DNA from: the human T2T-CHM13v2.0 reference genome, Homo sapiens | Length of the DNA: 64,000 nt | Strand: one strand, 5' to 3' | NCBI RefSeq assembly: GCF_009914755.1 | Contig: NC_060936.1 | Shown: positions 45,322 through 56,995 of the stretch, one piece after another | Layout of the letters: each line of letters opens with the position of its first letter | Numbering within the stretch: position 1 is the stretch's first letter | Made by a program: the position numbers and the translations under genes | The notes under the pieces: model-generated | The model's database searches: none | Told to the model about the DNA's origin: nothing | The model's input: only the letters and a program-made list of their open reading frames with translations

Positions 45322-46345
45322 TGTTGTAGGCACAATAGTGTTCTTCTAATGACATCCTCATTCTTATCTTGGGAAACTATGGGTATGTTATATTAAATGG
45401 CAAAGGGAGTTTAAGATTGCAAATAGGTAGTTGCTATTTGCAATCAGTTTACTAAGGTTGCGTATCAGTTTAACTTTAAATGGGGAGATCTCCTAGATTG
45501 TCTAGGTGTGTTGCGTGTAATCGGAAGAGTCTTTAAAAGTGGAAGAGGAAGCAGAAGAGGAATCAGAGAGGCAATGTGATGATGGAAGCAGAGTTCAGAG
45601 TGATGTCATGTGAGAGGCAATAGACCTGTCCTTGCTGACTTTGAAGATGGAGGGGGAGGGCCACTAGCTAAGGACCTCTAGAAGCTGCAAAGAAGACAAG
45701 AAACAGATTTGCCCCTTGTACTGGTTTCCTAGAGCTGCTATAATCAAGTACCACAAACTGGATAACCACGTACCACAAAATTTTAAAGAATCTGTTCAAA
45801 TTATTTGAAAGAAACTGGGTAGCTCAAAACAACAAATGTGTTTTCTCAAGATCTAGAGGTTAACAGCCCAAAACTAAGGTGTCAATAGGGGCATCCATGC
45901 TCTGAGACTCTGGGTGGGATCTTCCCTTGCCTCTCCCTGGCTTCTGGTGGTGGCCATTGATACTTGGTGGTCCTTGGCTTGCCGTTGCCACACTCCAGTC
46001 TCTGCCTCTGTCATCACATGACATTCTTCCTGTGTGTCTCTGTCTTTCATGCTGTTTTCCTTTTCTTATAAGAATATCAATCATATTGGATTAAGCCCTC
46101 ACTAATGACCCCATCTTAAATTGCTTCAAGCTACAAAGACCCTATTTCTAAATAAGATCTTATTCACAAGTACCACGGGTTAGGGCTTCAACATAAAAGA
46201 ATACAAGGCTGCCAGTGCCTTGCTTTTAGCCCAGTGAGACCTGTGTTGGACTTATAATCTCCAGAATTATAAGATAATCAATTTGTATTGTTTTAAGCCA
46301 CTAAATTTGTGTTAACTTGTTATGCAGCAGTTGTAGAAAACTAAC
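45322..46345 (+). mobile_element. MLT1D/E-family LTR interrupted by an oppositely oriented MLT1B/C LTR
   Basis: tgctgactttgaagatggagg...cctctagaagctgcaaaga, resuming at ttagcccagtgagacc...ttgttttaagccactaaatttgtg. Confidence 0.8.
45717..46195 (-). mobile_element. MLT1B/C LTR nested in the MLT1D/E LTR
   Basis: tgtactggtttcctagagctgctataatcaagtaccacaaactgg...caaagaccctatttctaaataag...gttagggcttcaacat. Confidence 0.83.
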
Positions 46346-48174
46346 ATGTGGACCAACTCAAATGCTGTCTCATCTCTGAAGTTCCTGTCTCTTCTTGCTA
46401 AATTCCATCTATTCTCCCAGTATGAACTTGTTTATACTTCTCTAAATAAACTTTCATCACTATTCATTCCCTTGTTGTTTTGTTATGTTTTCTGTCTCTT
46501 TAATATTAAAGCTTTTGGGGGAAGAAGCAATTTATTCTTTGTATCTCTTTGAGAAACTAACACCCAATATTCATTTAATAAGTATTTAGTAAAAGAATGC
46601 TAAATTCTCATCTAGAACATAATTCCTTTGTCATAGTGTCAAGTAATTCTTTGAGAGTAGCTACTTTGAAACTAAAATAAAACTGAAATCACAGAAAGGA
46701 AAAAAAAGTCCTTTAAAAATGTGCTATGAAACCATTTTATAGTCACTTTTACTGTAGTTACTATAAAAACTTTACTCCTATAAGAAAAATGAAAGCAATA
46801 TTGGTCTTGTGTTTTACATTGAATTTTATTTTAGGTTTAGGATAGCTTTATAAAAAGACCAATTGCATATGCATTTTGTTGTTGTTGTTAGTTTGGCTTA
46901 CTCTAAAAGTGCTTTGCAAGGGTAGCACAGAAAATGTTGGCATGCCATTGGCCAGCAAAACCCTCAATGATTTTCCTTGGAAAACTATAGCGGATTGGTT
47001 TTATTTTTCTGTTTGGTTCCATTTCTATAGCTAATGCAACCTGCATATTCCTGATTAAATATGCCTGCTGAATATAGTTAATATCAGTCTTTATTTTTGT
47101 CTGATTGCTAAGTGTTCCACAGTACACTTAGATGTTTTGAAATTCTTACTTATAGAAGAATTTGAAAGAATCTGTTAACCAGATCATCTGTGTGTATGTC
47201 TGTTGGCTCTATTTAGCTTAACAGTTTTACTTTAAGTTATCAAATCAATTGAGTTTCCATAATTTGTCTTCAGTTAAGATCCTCACCTTGTGACAGCTGA
47301 TGGAATGCTCTTGAAATAATTTTTCATCACAGGATTGAAGATAAGTGGAAAAAACAACATTTTTCTCTCATCTCAATTCTAAGTAACCATTTATTTAAGA
47401 TTTTAAAGTTTCTGCACCATATTTCTGTTTCCAACATATGTTGAAAGAAGCAACTTAAAAAAATACCTTGATACTGCCTCTTATTATTGGTGGAAATTAA
47501 CTAATTAACTAGTTAATTAATTAATTTACTATTTGGTTTTTACTATGGATCTGTGACAAATAAACCATACTCAGTGTTGTAGTTAACAACAGCAGCAGCA
47601 ACAACAACAAGAATAAATTTTCACTAAAGAAACTAAGAAGCTCTAGAACTATTGGAGTTGCCAAAACTCATATATATATATAATTACAAAAGGTCAAAAA
47701 AAAGCAAGACATCAACTGTTCATGCCAATAAACCCTGGTGACAGAATCAAACAATTGAAATGGTGGCAGGGATGATGCTCACATTATTAAGGACTCATTT
47801 GCTATAGTGTGCAGTAAATGGAATTATATACAAGTGACAATAGTATGTATAACCTCTCAATAATTCAAGGTAGATTTGGTTTTAAAGTATGTGGTAACAT
47901 GTTATTGGAGATATTCTAAATAAACATATGTCTGATTAACTGAAGAAATAATCACACTGGCATACATATTTTCTCTCTGTTGAATGTAATAAGATTGTTA
48001 TTGTATTTTAATGGGTAAAATATGTTTGTAAGAATATGTCATATATCCTGGGGCTTCCTATTCTACATGTTTATAAATTGCAAACTTTATGTGAAAGAGA
48101 CTGAGGAAAGTTTAAAACTCCTAAGAAAAACACTTTCAGTGGTTTAATTATATAGTACAACTGAAGATTTAAAA

Positions 48175-48380
48175 AATAACAACAGTAATAAATACTTCAC
48201 ATTGTGCCAGACTCTTTTATAAATAATCTACATGTATCTACTCCATTAATCCTAACAAAAAGCTTAAGAGGTAGGAACTATTATTTTCCTAATTTTCTAG
48301 GTGAGGGACCTGAAGACTAGAAATAGTAGGTTACTTGCCAAAGGCCACTTATGTGGTAGGTGGTAGAGACAGGACAAGTT
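48175..48380 (-). mobile_element. MIR
   Basis: attaatcctaacaaaa...gtaggaactattattttcctaattttctaggtgagg...acttgccaaaggccac. Confidence 0.72.
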
Positions 48381-48771
48381 CAACAGCTATTTACTGAGGG
48401 CCTTTATATGTTAGGTAGTGTTATAGGTGCTAGAGATATGGCAACCACAAAAATAGATTTAAAAAAAAAAAACCAGTTCTTATGTAATTTACATTCTTAG
48501 GGATTATTTTTCCTGGGAAAAGGGACCAGTTATTAAGAGGTAAAAAACATCCTTTAGTAAGCCACAGAGAAAATGACTGCTAATACTCCATTTGTTGTTT
48601 TTGTTTTTTTCTCATATTTTTATCATTGCCAAACTTTTTTCTCCATGAAAAGAAAATTCATCTTCATCTTAATCATTCTTACTTTAGTGGCCAAATGTCA
48701 CCTATATATAGTCCTGACCCTCGGATGGCCCAGAACACTAAAAGTTGATCTTCAGTTATCTAGGTTCTAAA

Positions 48772-48950
48772 ACAAATTCTGGCAAATTATATTATCTGGG
48801 CTCTACAGCAGTGGTGTATTTGAGGCTTTGTGGACCATACAGTCTCTGTGGCAACTATGCTGTTGTAGCCTGAAAGTACCCATAGACAATCTGTAAATGA
48901 ATGGATGTGGCCAAATTTGGCCCTTCAGGTTATAGTTTGCCAACCCCTGA
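48772..48950. mobile_element. MER58A-like DNA transposon
   Basis: ggctttgtggaccatacagtctctgtggcaacta...ccatagacaat...tagtttgccaacccctg. Confidence 0.78.
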
Positions 48951-50721
48951 TCTAGACAGTAGTATTACCTGGAGACAGAGGCTTCTTTCTGATTTGCGTA
49001 TGTGTGCCATAGTGCCTGATCTACAAGGGGCCCTGATTATGGGCACTTTCTTCTCCCCTAGAACTCTCTCCACAGCTCTTTAACATCTCTTTTCCCCAGG
49101 ACCCAGCCTGTCCTCTTCAGCTTCTGGGTAGGGCTGTAAGTCATTTCATCCTACTGTGTTTCACATTGTGTAGTATGATTTCCTTTTAGCTCATGGAAGA
49201 TATCACACTAGAGGACTCATTGGTTTTTACTCTTCTTTTAGTCTCAATACCGTCTCCCTCTATTTGTATCCCTGGCTTTTGTTGGGGAAGGGGAAGAAGG
49301 GATTAGAGAAAAGTATCACTACATGGGATATTTTACACTCTTTCTCGTATTGACTTAATGATCGTTATTGCAATTCACGTAAGTTATTGAGAATGCAAAA
49401 CTAGCACCAAAAGGGTGGCTTTAATATATTTAGATAACATAAGGGGAACATACTACCAATAGAGCTCTGTGATGATAGAATAATCTGCCATCTGAGATTG
49501 AGAGAGCCCTTTCTCTTTATGTGTTCATGCACAGGCTGGATGGCCATATGTTCAAGATGCTGTGAAGGTAATTCTTTTATTAGATCATAAATTAGATAGA
49601 CTATTGATTTCTAAATCCCACATCTGTGCCAGATTGGCTGTGTCAGAATGACTTGGACAACGTGAGGAAAACTCACATTCCTAGGTCATACCTCCAGAAG
49701 TGTAGTAGGTTTAAGATGAAGTCAAGTGACCTGTTTTATAAAACTCCACATCATTGTTAGGCACTCAGACAACATAGAACAAAGAAAAAATAAATGTTAA
49801 CAGTAGTCGTAACAGCCAGACATTATTCCTTTTAATATTTTGGTTCATATTATTTCATATATATGTAATTTTGCAAAGATTGAATCTGTTTATTCATTGT
49901 GTTATACCCTTATAAAATTTGTCCTAACCATATACTAGGGACATATTTCTATGTCATTTCATAGGAAGAAATGTATCTACATAATGACTCTTGATGACAA
50001 GCACAGCATATTGTAAGATTTGGATATATTGAATTATTTCACTAATTCCATAATGTGTCATTTGTAAGCAATGTGATGGTGAATACTAATATGTGTGTGT
50101 TTAAGATGTATTTCTATCTCTATATCTATGCCTATATCTGTGGGTGTATATGTATATATTTATGTAATTGCTGAAAGGCTTTTGTCAATTATGGATAAAG
50201 TATCAAAAAGGATCAAGCATTCTGTCTTTGAATGACAAAGCCTGGATTAATTTTTTTAATATAACAGCTTTATTGAGCTTTATTTTTAATATAACAGCTT
50301 TATTTTTATTTCTTTTTTATTAGAAGGGAGGAATAAATGCTGTGCAGGCCATTAAAATATATGTAAAATTCACATGCTATACAACTAACCCATTTAGATT
50401 GTACAATCAAATGATTTTTGGTATATTCACAACATGTGTAGTCATCGCCAGCAGAATTTCAGAGATTTTTTACAACCTAAAAAGGAAACCCCATTTTCTT
50501 CACCATACCCTGCCTAAAAATCTAACTACGAATCTACTTTATATCTGTGCAGCTTTGCCTGTTATAGACACTTTATATAAATAAGAGTCATTCAATATGT
50601 GGTTTTGGTGGCTGGCTCTTTTCACTTAGCATATGTTTCAAAGTTCATTCATGTGCCACATGAATCAGTATCTAATTAATCCTTATGGCTAAAATTCCAT
50701 TGTATAGATATACCACGTTTT

Positions 50722-51080
50722 GTGACACATATACACCATGGAATACTATGCAGCCATAAAAAAGGATGAGCTTGTGTCCTTTGCAGGGACATGGATGAAG
50801 CTGGAAACCATCATTCTCAGCAAACTATCACAAGATCAGAAAACCAAACACTGCATGTTCTCACTTGTAAGTGAGAGTTGAACAATGAGAACACATGGAC
50901 ACAGGGAGGGGAACATCATACACCAGGGCCTGTTGGTGGGTCAGGGGAAAGGAGAGGGATAGCATTAGAAGAAATACCTAATGTAGCTGACAGGTTGATG
51001 GGTGCAGCAAACCACCATGACATGTGTATACCTATGTAACAAAACGTTACGTTCTGCACACGTAACCCAGAATTTAAAGC

Positions 51081-51115
<35 letters not shown>

Positions 51116-51138
51116 TTACAGAGAAGGAAATTAAAAAA
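50722..51138 (+). mobile_element. 5'-truncated L1PA7/8-like 3' end with (TAA)n tail and 16-bp TSD
   Basis: catatacaccatggaatactatgcagccataaaaaaggatgag...ctatcacaagatcagaaaacc; TSD agatataccac(g/a)tttt at 50706-50721 and 51139-51154. Confidence 0.92.
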
Positions 51139-51953
51139 AGATATACCACATTTTATTTATCCATTCATCAGGTGAGGGACATTTACATGTTTCTACTTTC
51201 TGGCTATTATGAATAATGCTGCTATGAATATTCATGTACGTGTTATTCTGTGGATATGTATTTTCATTGTTTTTGGGTCTATGGCTAGGGGTGGAATTAC
51301 TGGATCATGTGGGAACTCTATATTTAACTTTTGAAGGATCTGCCAGACTATCTTCCAAAGTGTCTGGACCATTCTACATTCCAGCCACCAGTATTGAGGG
51401 TTCCAATTTTTATACATCCTTGCAAACACTTGTTATTATCTGTCTTTTCAATTATAGCCTACTTAGTGTAAAGTGGAATCTCATCATAGTTTGATTGGCA
51501 TCCGATGGCTAATGATGTTGAGCATCTTTTCATGTATATATTGGCCATTCATATATCTTTGGAGAAATATTTATTCAGATCTTTGTCAATTTTTAAATTT
51601 TTTTATTATTGAGTTGTAAGAATAATTTGTATATTCTACATAGAAGTCCCTTATCAGATAGATATAAAAGATTTTCTAATATTTTCTTAAATTCTGTGGG
51701 TTGTCTTTTCACTTTCTTGATGATATACTTTAAAGCACAAAATTTTTAATTTTGATGAAATATGATTTAGCTATGTTTTGTTGTTGTTTTGTTTTTGGTG
51801 TCATATCTAAAAAGGTTTTGCCTAACTCAAGGTCACTGTATTTTTGTTCAAGAATTTTATGGTTTTAGCTCTTATGTTTATGTCTATAATCCATTTTTAT
51901 TACTAGTTGTTTTGGTGCATGATGTGAATGTAAGAAAATCCAACTTCATTCTT

Positions 51954-52243
51954 TTGCATATATATATATGCAATATATATATGTATGTGTGTGTATATAT
52001 ATAATACACACATATAAAACTGTTGTGTGTGTGTATATATGTATATATATGTATATATACATATATACATATATACATGTATATATACATGTATACATAT
52101 ATACATATATACGTATATATACATGTATATATATACACACACGTATATATATGTGCATATATATACATGTATATATATACACACACGTATATATATGTGT
52201 ATATATATACACACATATATATATACACACACACAACAGTTTT
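51954..52243. repeat. Compound (TA)n/(TG)n/(CA)n microsatellite with inverted symmetry
   Basis: Directly visible alternating purine-pyrimidine tract inside the L1MB. Confidence 0.97.
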
Positions 52244-52913
52244 TCTGATACCAGTTTTTGAAAAAACTAATTCCACATTGGATTGTCACTGCATTCTTGT
52301 GAAAAAATTAATTTACCATAAATATGAGGATTGTTTTCTGAACTCTGCATTCTGTCCCCCTGATCTATATGTCTGTCCTTATCCTGGTACTACAAGTGAT
52401 TTATTGATTCCTATTACCTTAAAGTGTTACTACTCCAACTTTATTAGTCTTTTTCATGGTCATTTTGGCAACTTTGGATCCCTCAAATTAACATATGAGT
52501 TTTAGGATCAGCTTGTCAGTTTTTGCTAAGAAACAAGTTGGGATTTTGATAGAGAATGCTTTGAATCTCTGTGTCAGGCTGGAGAGTATTGTAATTGTAA
52601 TATCATGTATTTTGATCCATAAACATAGGATGCTTTTTAAAACTAATTTAGGTATTTAATAGGTTCTTTAATTTTCTCAATATTTTATAGTTTCAGTATA
52701 CACATTTTGCATTTCTTTTGTCAAATTTATCTCTAAGCATTTTACTCTTTTTGATGTTATTGTAGATGGAATTGTCTTCTCAATTTTATTTTTGGATTGC
52801 TCATTTCTGACGTATAGAAATACAGCTTATTTTTTGCATATTGAACTTATAGCTAGTAATCTTGCTGAACTATTTTATTAGTCTTTGTTTTTTAGTGAAT
52901 TTCTTAGGATTTT

Positions 52914-54474
52914 TGTTTAGTTTACTTTAATAGTACACTTACAGAAATAGCACTCAAGAAAGACAACATTAAAAACATGAACTTGTGTGTAGGACAACTC
53001 AGAAAAGTATAGTCAATGGATGTACTATACTTTTTACTGTATGATAAAAAATGCCACAAACACCATTTAGTTGCTGTTAATAAGAAATTTACTTATTTTA
53101 AAAACAAGCCAAATGCTGACATTGTGAAGAAAAATTTAACAGGTTTATCTGTGGTTGTTATGAAGTTGAACTGCTGAAACTTGATCACTGAAATATTTTG
53201 ACTTACATTAATGCTTTATGTCCCCACATTTACATTAAAAATTCACATGATGAAAATGGAAAAAATGCCACTATCTGATTTCTGTCTGCTATTTTTCCAC
53301 TCACAATCTTATATTTAGGTACCTTTTGATTCTATGGGGAAAAAATACCTAATGTTCAGATCTGCCAATAACAGGAAGAAGAGGTTTTTTTTTTTTTGAG
53401 AATGAAATGTTCCTCATCATAGTGGATTCTTAGGCATATACTTCATGTATGTGGCCTATTATCTGTTTATTGGCATACCTGTTACATGTTTTACATGGAT
53501 AGCACACAGGTTGATGTCCTCAAAAAGGTCAACCAGATAGGTCTCACTTCCTGCAAAGCTCCAATAGCTGCTCTCAGGAAGCACAGATGTTTTGAAGTTC
53601 TGAGCAATTTCTTGGACCAGATGCTGGAAGAGAAATTTGCTAATCAGAAGTTCAGTGGACTTCTGATAACAAATTTCACGGAGTGCCACAGTACCAGGCC
53701 TGTAACTATGAGGTTTCTTTCTTCCTCCCATAGAGGGTTCACTTTTGTAGCCAGTTGCTTCCTAGGTTCTTTACCATCGTTGATTTGCAGGTGGTCTGCT
53801 TTATATAAGCCATGGTATAGAGACTTCCTTTCTTACCCCCTTTCTCCTTTGCTGGGCCTGATCGGAGGCATTAGAGAGCAACAGCATTACAGAGACTGTG
53901 TGGCGGACTGCTGGGTCTGTCCCGCAGACCCTGGCAGACAGATGAAATGAGTACTCATACATGGGTATGCAGTTTAAGAGCAGCTAGGTGACTACCTGGC
54001 TCTAGTGGCCAGAGAACAGCCCCAAGAAGCTGGAGCTGCTTGCTTTTATTCAGTGCAGGCACAATGCCGAAAACCTGGAGCCAACACAACCTGTAGCTAA
54101 TTAACATTTATTGTTCCCCTTTCAGGCAGTGTCACATGTGCAGATGATCAAAGGTCAGTTCCTGGTCAATATAAGTAAACAACCTTGTTTAAGATAAATT
54201 CCCCCACAGTCCCTTGTACCTACTCCTTGCCGTCTGCCTCAGGGTTATAGGACAGCTGCCTTCAGCTATTCTCCCCGGGGTCTGCAGAACCTTCCGGCCT
54301 TTCAGAAGGTTTGTGTCTTTTCCCTATAGTTTTTCCCACCACTCTGACCCATCCCCCACAGCAGACATCATCAAACATTTGAAGCCTGGGTTTGGGGATC
54401 CAGGGAGAAGCGATTGGGAGGAGAAGAAGCAGGTGAACCCCTGGCATACAGGCGTCTTGGGTCACAGTGGGGCA
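52914..54474 (-). pseudogene. H3F3A: Processed pseudogene of histone H3.3 (parent H3F3A/H3-3A). CDS remnant 53813..53430, full 3' UTR, 5' leader interrupted by LTR22A
   Basis: The peptide [25 protein letters not shown]...[15 protein letters not shown] is histone H3. H3.3-specific AAIG codons lie at 53571..53560. TAAGAATCCACTATGATG after the stop and the long 3' UTR match my recollection of H3F3A. It is intronless with frameshifts and deletions (384 bp versus 411 bp). TSD TTAGGATTTT at 52904-52913 and 54475-54484. The symbol names the parent gene; I do not know the pseudogene's own symbol. Confidence 0.95.
53907..54360 (-). mobile_element. LTR22A-like solo LTR (ERVK, HML-5/HERV-K22), 454 bp
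   Basis: Minus strand reads TGTGGGGGATGGGTCAGAGTGGTGGGAAAAACTATAGGGAAA...AATAAAAGCAAGCAGCTCC...GGGACAGACCCAGCA. The 6-bp TSD GCGGAC (53901-53906) / GCAGAC (54361-54366) has the length typical of ERVK. Confidence 0.9.
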
Positions 54475-55314
54475 TTAGGATTTTCTATGTAAAATGTCAT
54501 GTCTTTTGCGAATAGGGACAGTTTTTCTTTCTAATACAGATGCCTTTCATTTTTTTGCTTAGTTAATCTAGCTAGAACCTCCAGAATAATGGTGAATAGA
54601 AGTGGAGAGAGTGAAAAATCCTTATCTTGTTCTTGATCTTAGGGGAAAGCATTTCGTCTCTTACCATTAGGTATATTGATAGGTGGAGGTTTTTCATAGA
54701 TTCCCTTTATTAGATTGAAGAAGTTACTACCTGTGTATTTTTTTATTATTATGAAAGGGTGCTAGATATTTTCAAATGCTTTTAATGCTTCTATTGAGAC
54801 GACCATGTGAGTTTTGCCCTTTATTTATATAGTGTATTACAGTAATAATTTTTGGATTTTAAAGCAATCTTTCCTTACTGGGATAAGTGATATTTAGCCA
54901 TGGTATATAATCATTTTGATTTGTTTCAGGATTTGGTTTGCTAGCATGTTGATGATGATTTTTTTTGTCTATACTCATGAGATGTTGATCTATACATTTC
55001 CTTTCTTCTGAAGTATTGTCTGCTTGTGGTCCCAGAGTAATACAGCCTTCATAGAATGACTTGGGAATTTTCTATTTGTGAAGAACTGATATTAATTCTT
55101 TAAACATCTGGTCCAATTAAATTCAGGCCCCTTTGTGGGAGTAATTTAGGGTCCAGTCTTTGAGGTTTGGTTTGACTCTAGTTTATGGGTGGGGTGCTGG
55201 ACAGGAGCAGTAGCCTTTAGTCTCCTTGGCTTGCCTCCCCGAGCATGGAGCCTTTGCCCTATGAGCAAGCTGAAGAAAAGGCAATTAGGAACTCACTATT
55301 TTCAGCCTCTCACA

Positions 55315-55528
55315 TTCAGTAGTGACTGAAAATTTAATCTAGGGATTCAGAATATATCCAGAATGGCAGCATGAGGAGCTCCATAAAACCCCTCCTCTCA
55401 CACATACAAAAGCTACCTGATGAAAATTATAAAAACAGCAAACATATGAAGTATTTGGAAGTTGGTCAAAGACATATGACAAATAAACTTTTTTTTTTTT
55501 TTCTTGAGACATACAGAGTCTGGCTCTG
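55315..55528 (-). repeat. Left arm of a ~214-bp inverted repeat (copy of 56108-56321)
   Basis: Manual alignment to the reverse complement of 56108-56321 gives about 9 substitutions, a 4-bp indel and a poly-A length difference. ORFs 55339..55593(-) and 56004..56297(+) share near-identical peptide ends. Confidence 0.97.
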
Positions 55529-55807
55529 GTAGAGTCTCCCTTACAAGTGGGGAATGGATGTAGAAAGAAGGCTCTTAATCTCTTGTTACACATGCCTGGA
55601 ATTTAGCCTCTTCAACATGGAGCTGGTGATGAGGAGAATTCCTGGAAGCCTGTCTCTCCAGAGGTGATACTGTAGCCGTTGACTGAGAGCTGGTGGGAAA
55701 GAAAGCCATGAGCTCCGTGTACCTGCCTGTTGTGGAGCTAAAATGGGGAGCTGAACTGGGGAGAGGAGTGAGTGAGGACTGAAGTGCCACAGACAATCAC
55801 CGTTCTA

Positions 55808-56321
<514 letters not shown>

Positions 56322-56678
56322 ATTCCTGTCAAAAATAAAGGTTTCTCAACAATTATTACAATAAGCCAATTTGGAGAAGCATGGACAAAATGACCTTGTA
56401 CGTTCTTTCTAATAATAAGGTCCCATGCTCTAATGCATGTCTCTTGAAATCCAGGCTATATCTGTCTTCAGGAAAATGAAAGGCTCATGTAAATAAATAA
56501 TAAATATTCACCTCTGTACACCTAATCTCTGTCCACTCCCAACACTTTCACACTCTGATGGGAACTAATCTCACTACTTGTGCTCCTTCTGTTGTTCCCC
56601 CACGTTTCTCCCTTTGTAAGGTACATGCCATTCCAGAGTAGAACAAGGGCATGAAGAGTTGTTCTTTGAACTACAGAA

Positions 56679-56995
56679 CAGGGATGGCAACTTTAAATAG
56701 TTTAAATCTACCTTACATGTTTAAATGTGTAGTGGGAATTACAGAACTGAGGACTGAGGCAAATTGGAGGTGTATCACCCTGTAAAGGGAAAATTTCTTC
56801 TTCATCAGCAGTTCATTGTTTCCATGTGAATATGTTTGTCATTGTTGTCAGATCTTGTCATTCTTCAAGAGGAGCTAGAAATGGAGATTTATTTGATATG
56901 AGAAAGCTCCCAATTTGTAAACTGCTGACTACGAATTAAAAAGAAATTCTGCAGATTAAGCAAAACATGACTGCCATCTATACCTGGTCCCCAGA
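56679..56995. mobile_element. Old hAT-Charlie element (MER102-like)
   Basis: cagggatggcaa start; gtcagatcttgtcattcttcaagaggagctagaaatggagattttat. Confidence 0.55.

Noticed and set aside
51884-52505. Several 70-160 aa Y/I/C/V/H/T-rich ORFs
   Set aside because: These are translations of the TA/CA/TG microsatellite.
53459-53731. 90-aa histone-like ORF as a novel H3 variant
   Set aside because: It lacks the N-terminal tail, goes out of frame in the middle of the histone fold ([13 protein letters not shown]) and has many non-conservative changes, consistent with neutral pseudogene decay.
53486-53950. 154-aa plus-strand ORF
   Set aside because: It is the antisense frame of the histone pseudogene running into the LTR, with no recognisable protein features.
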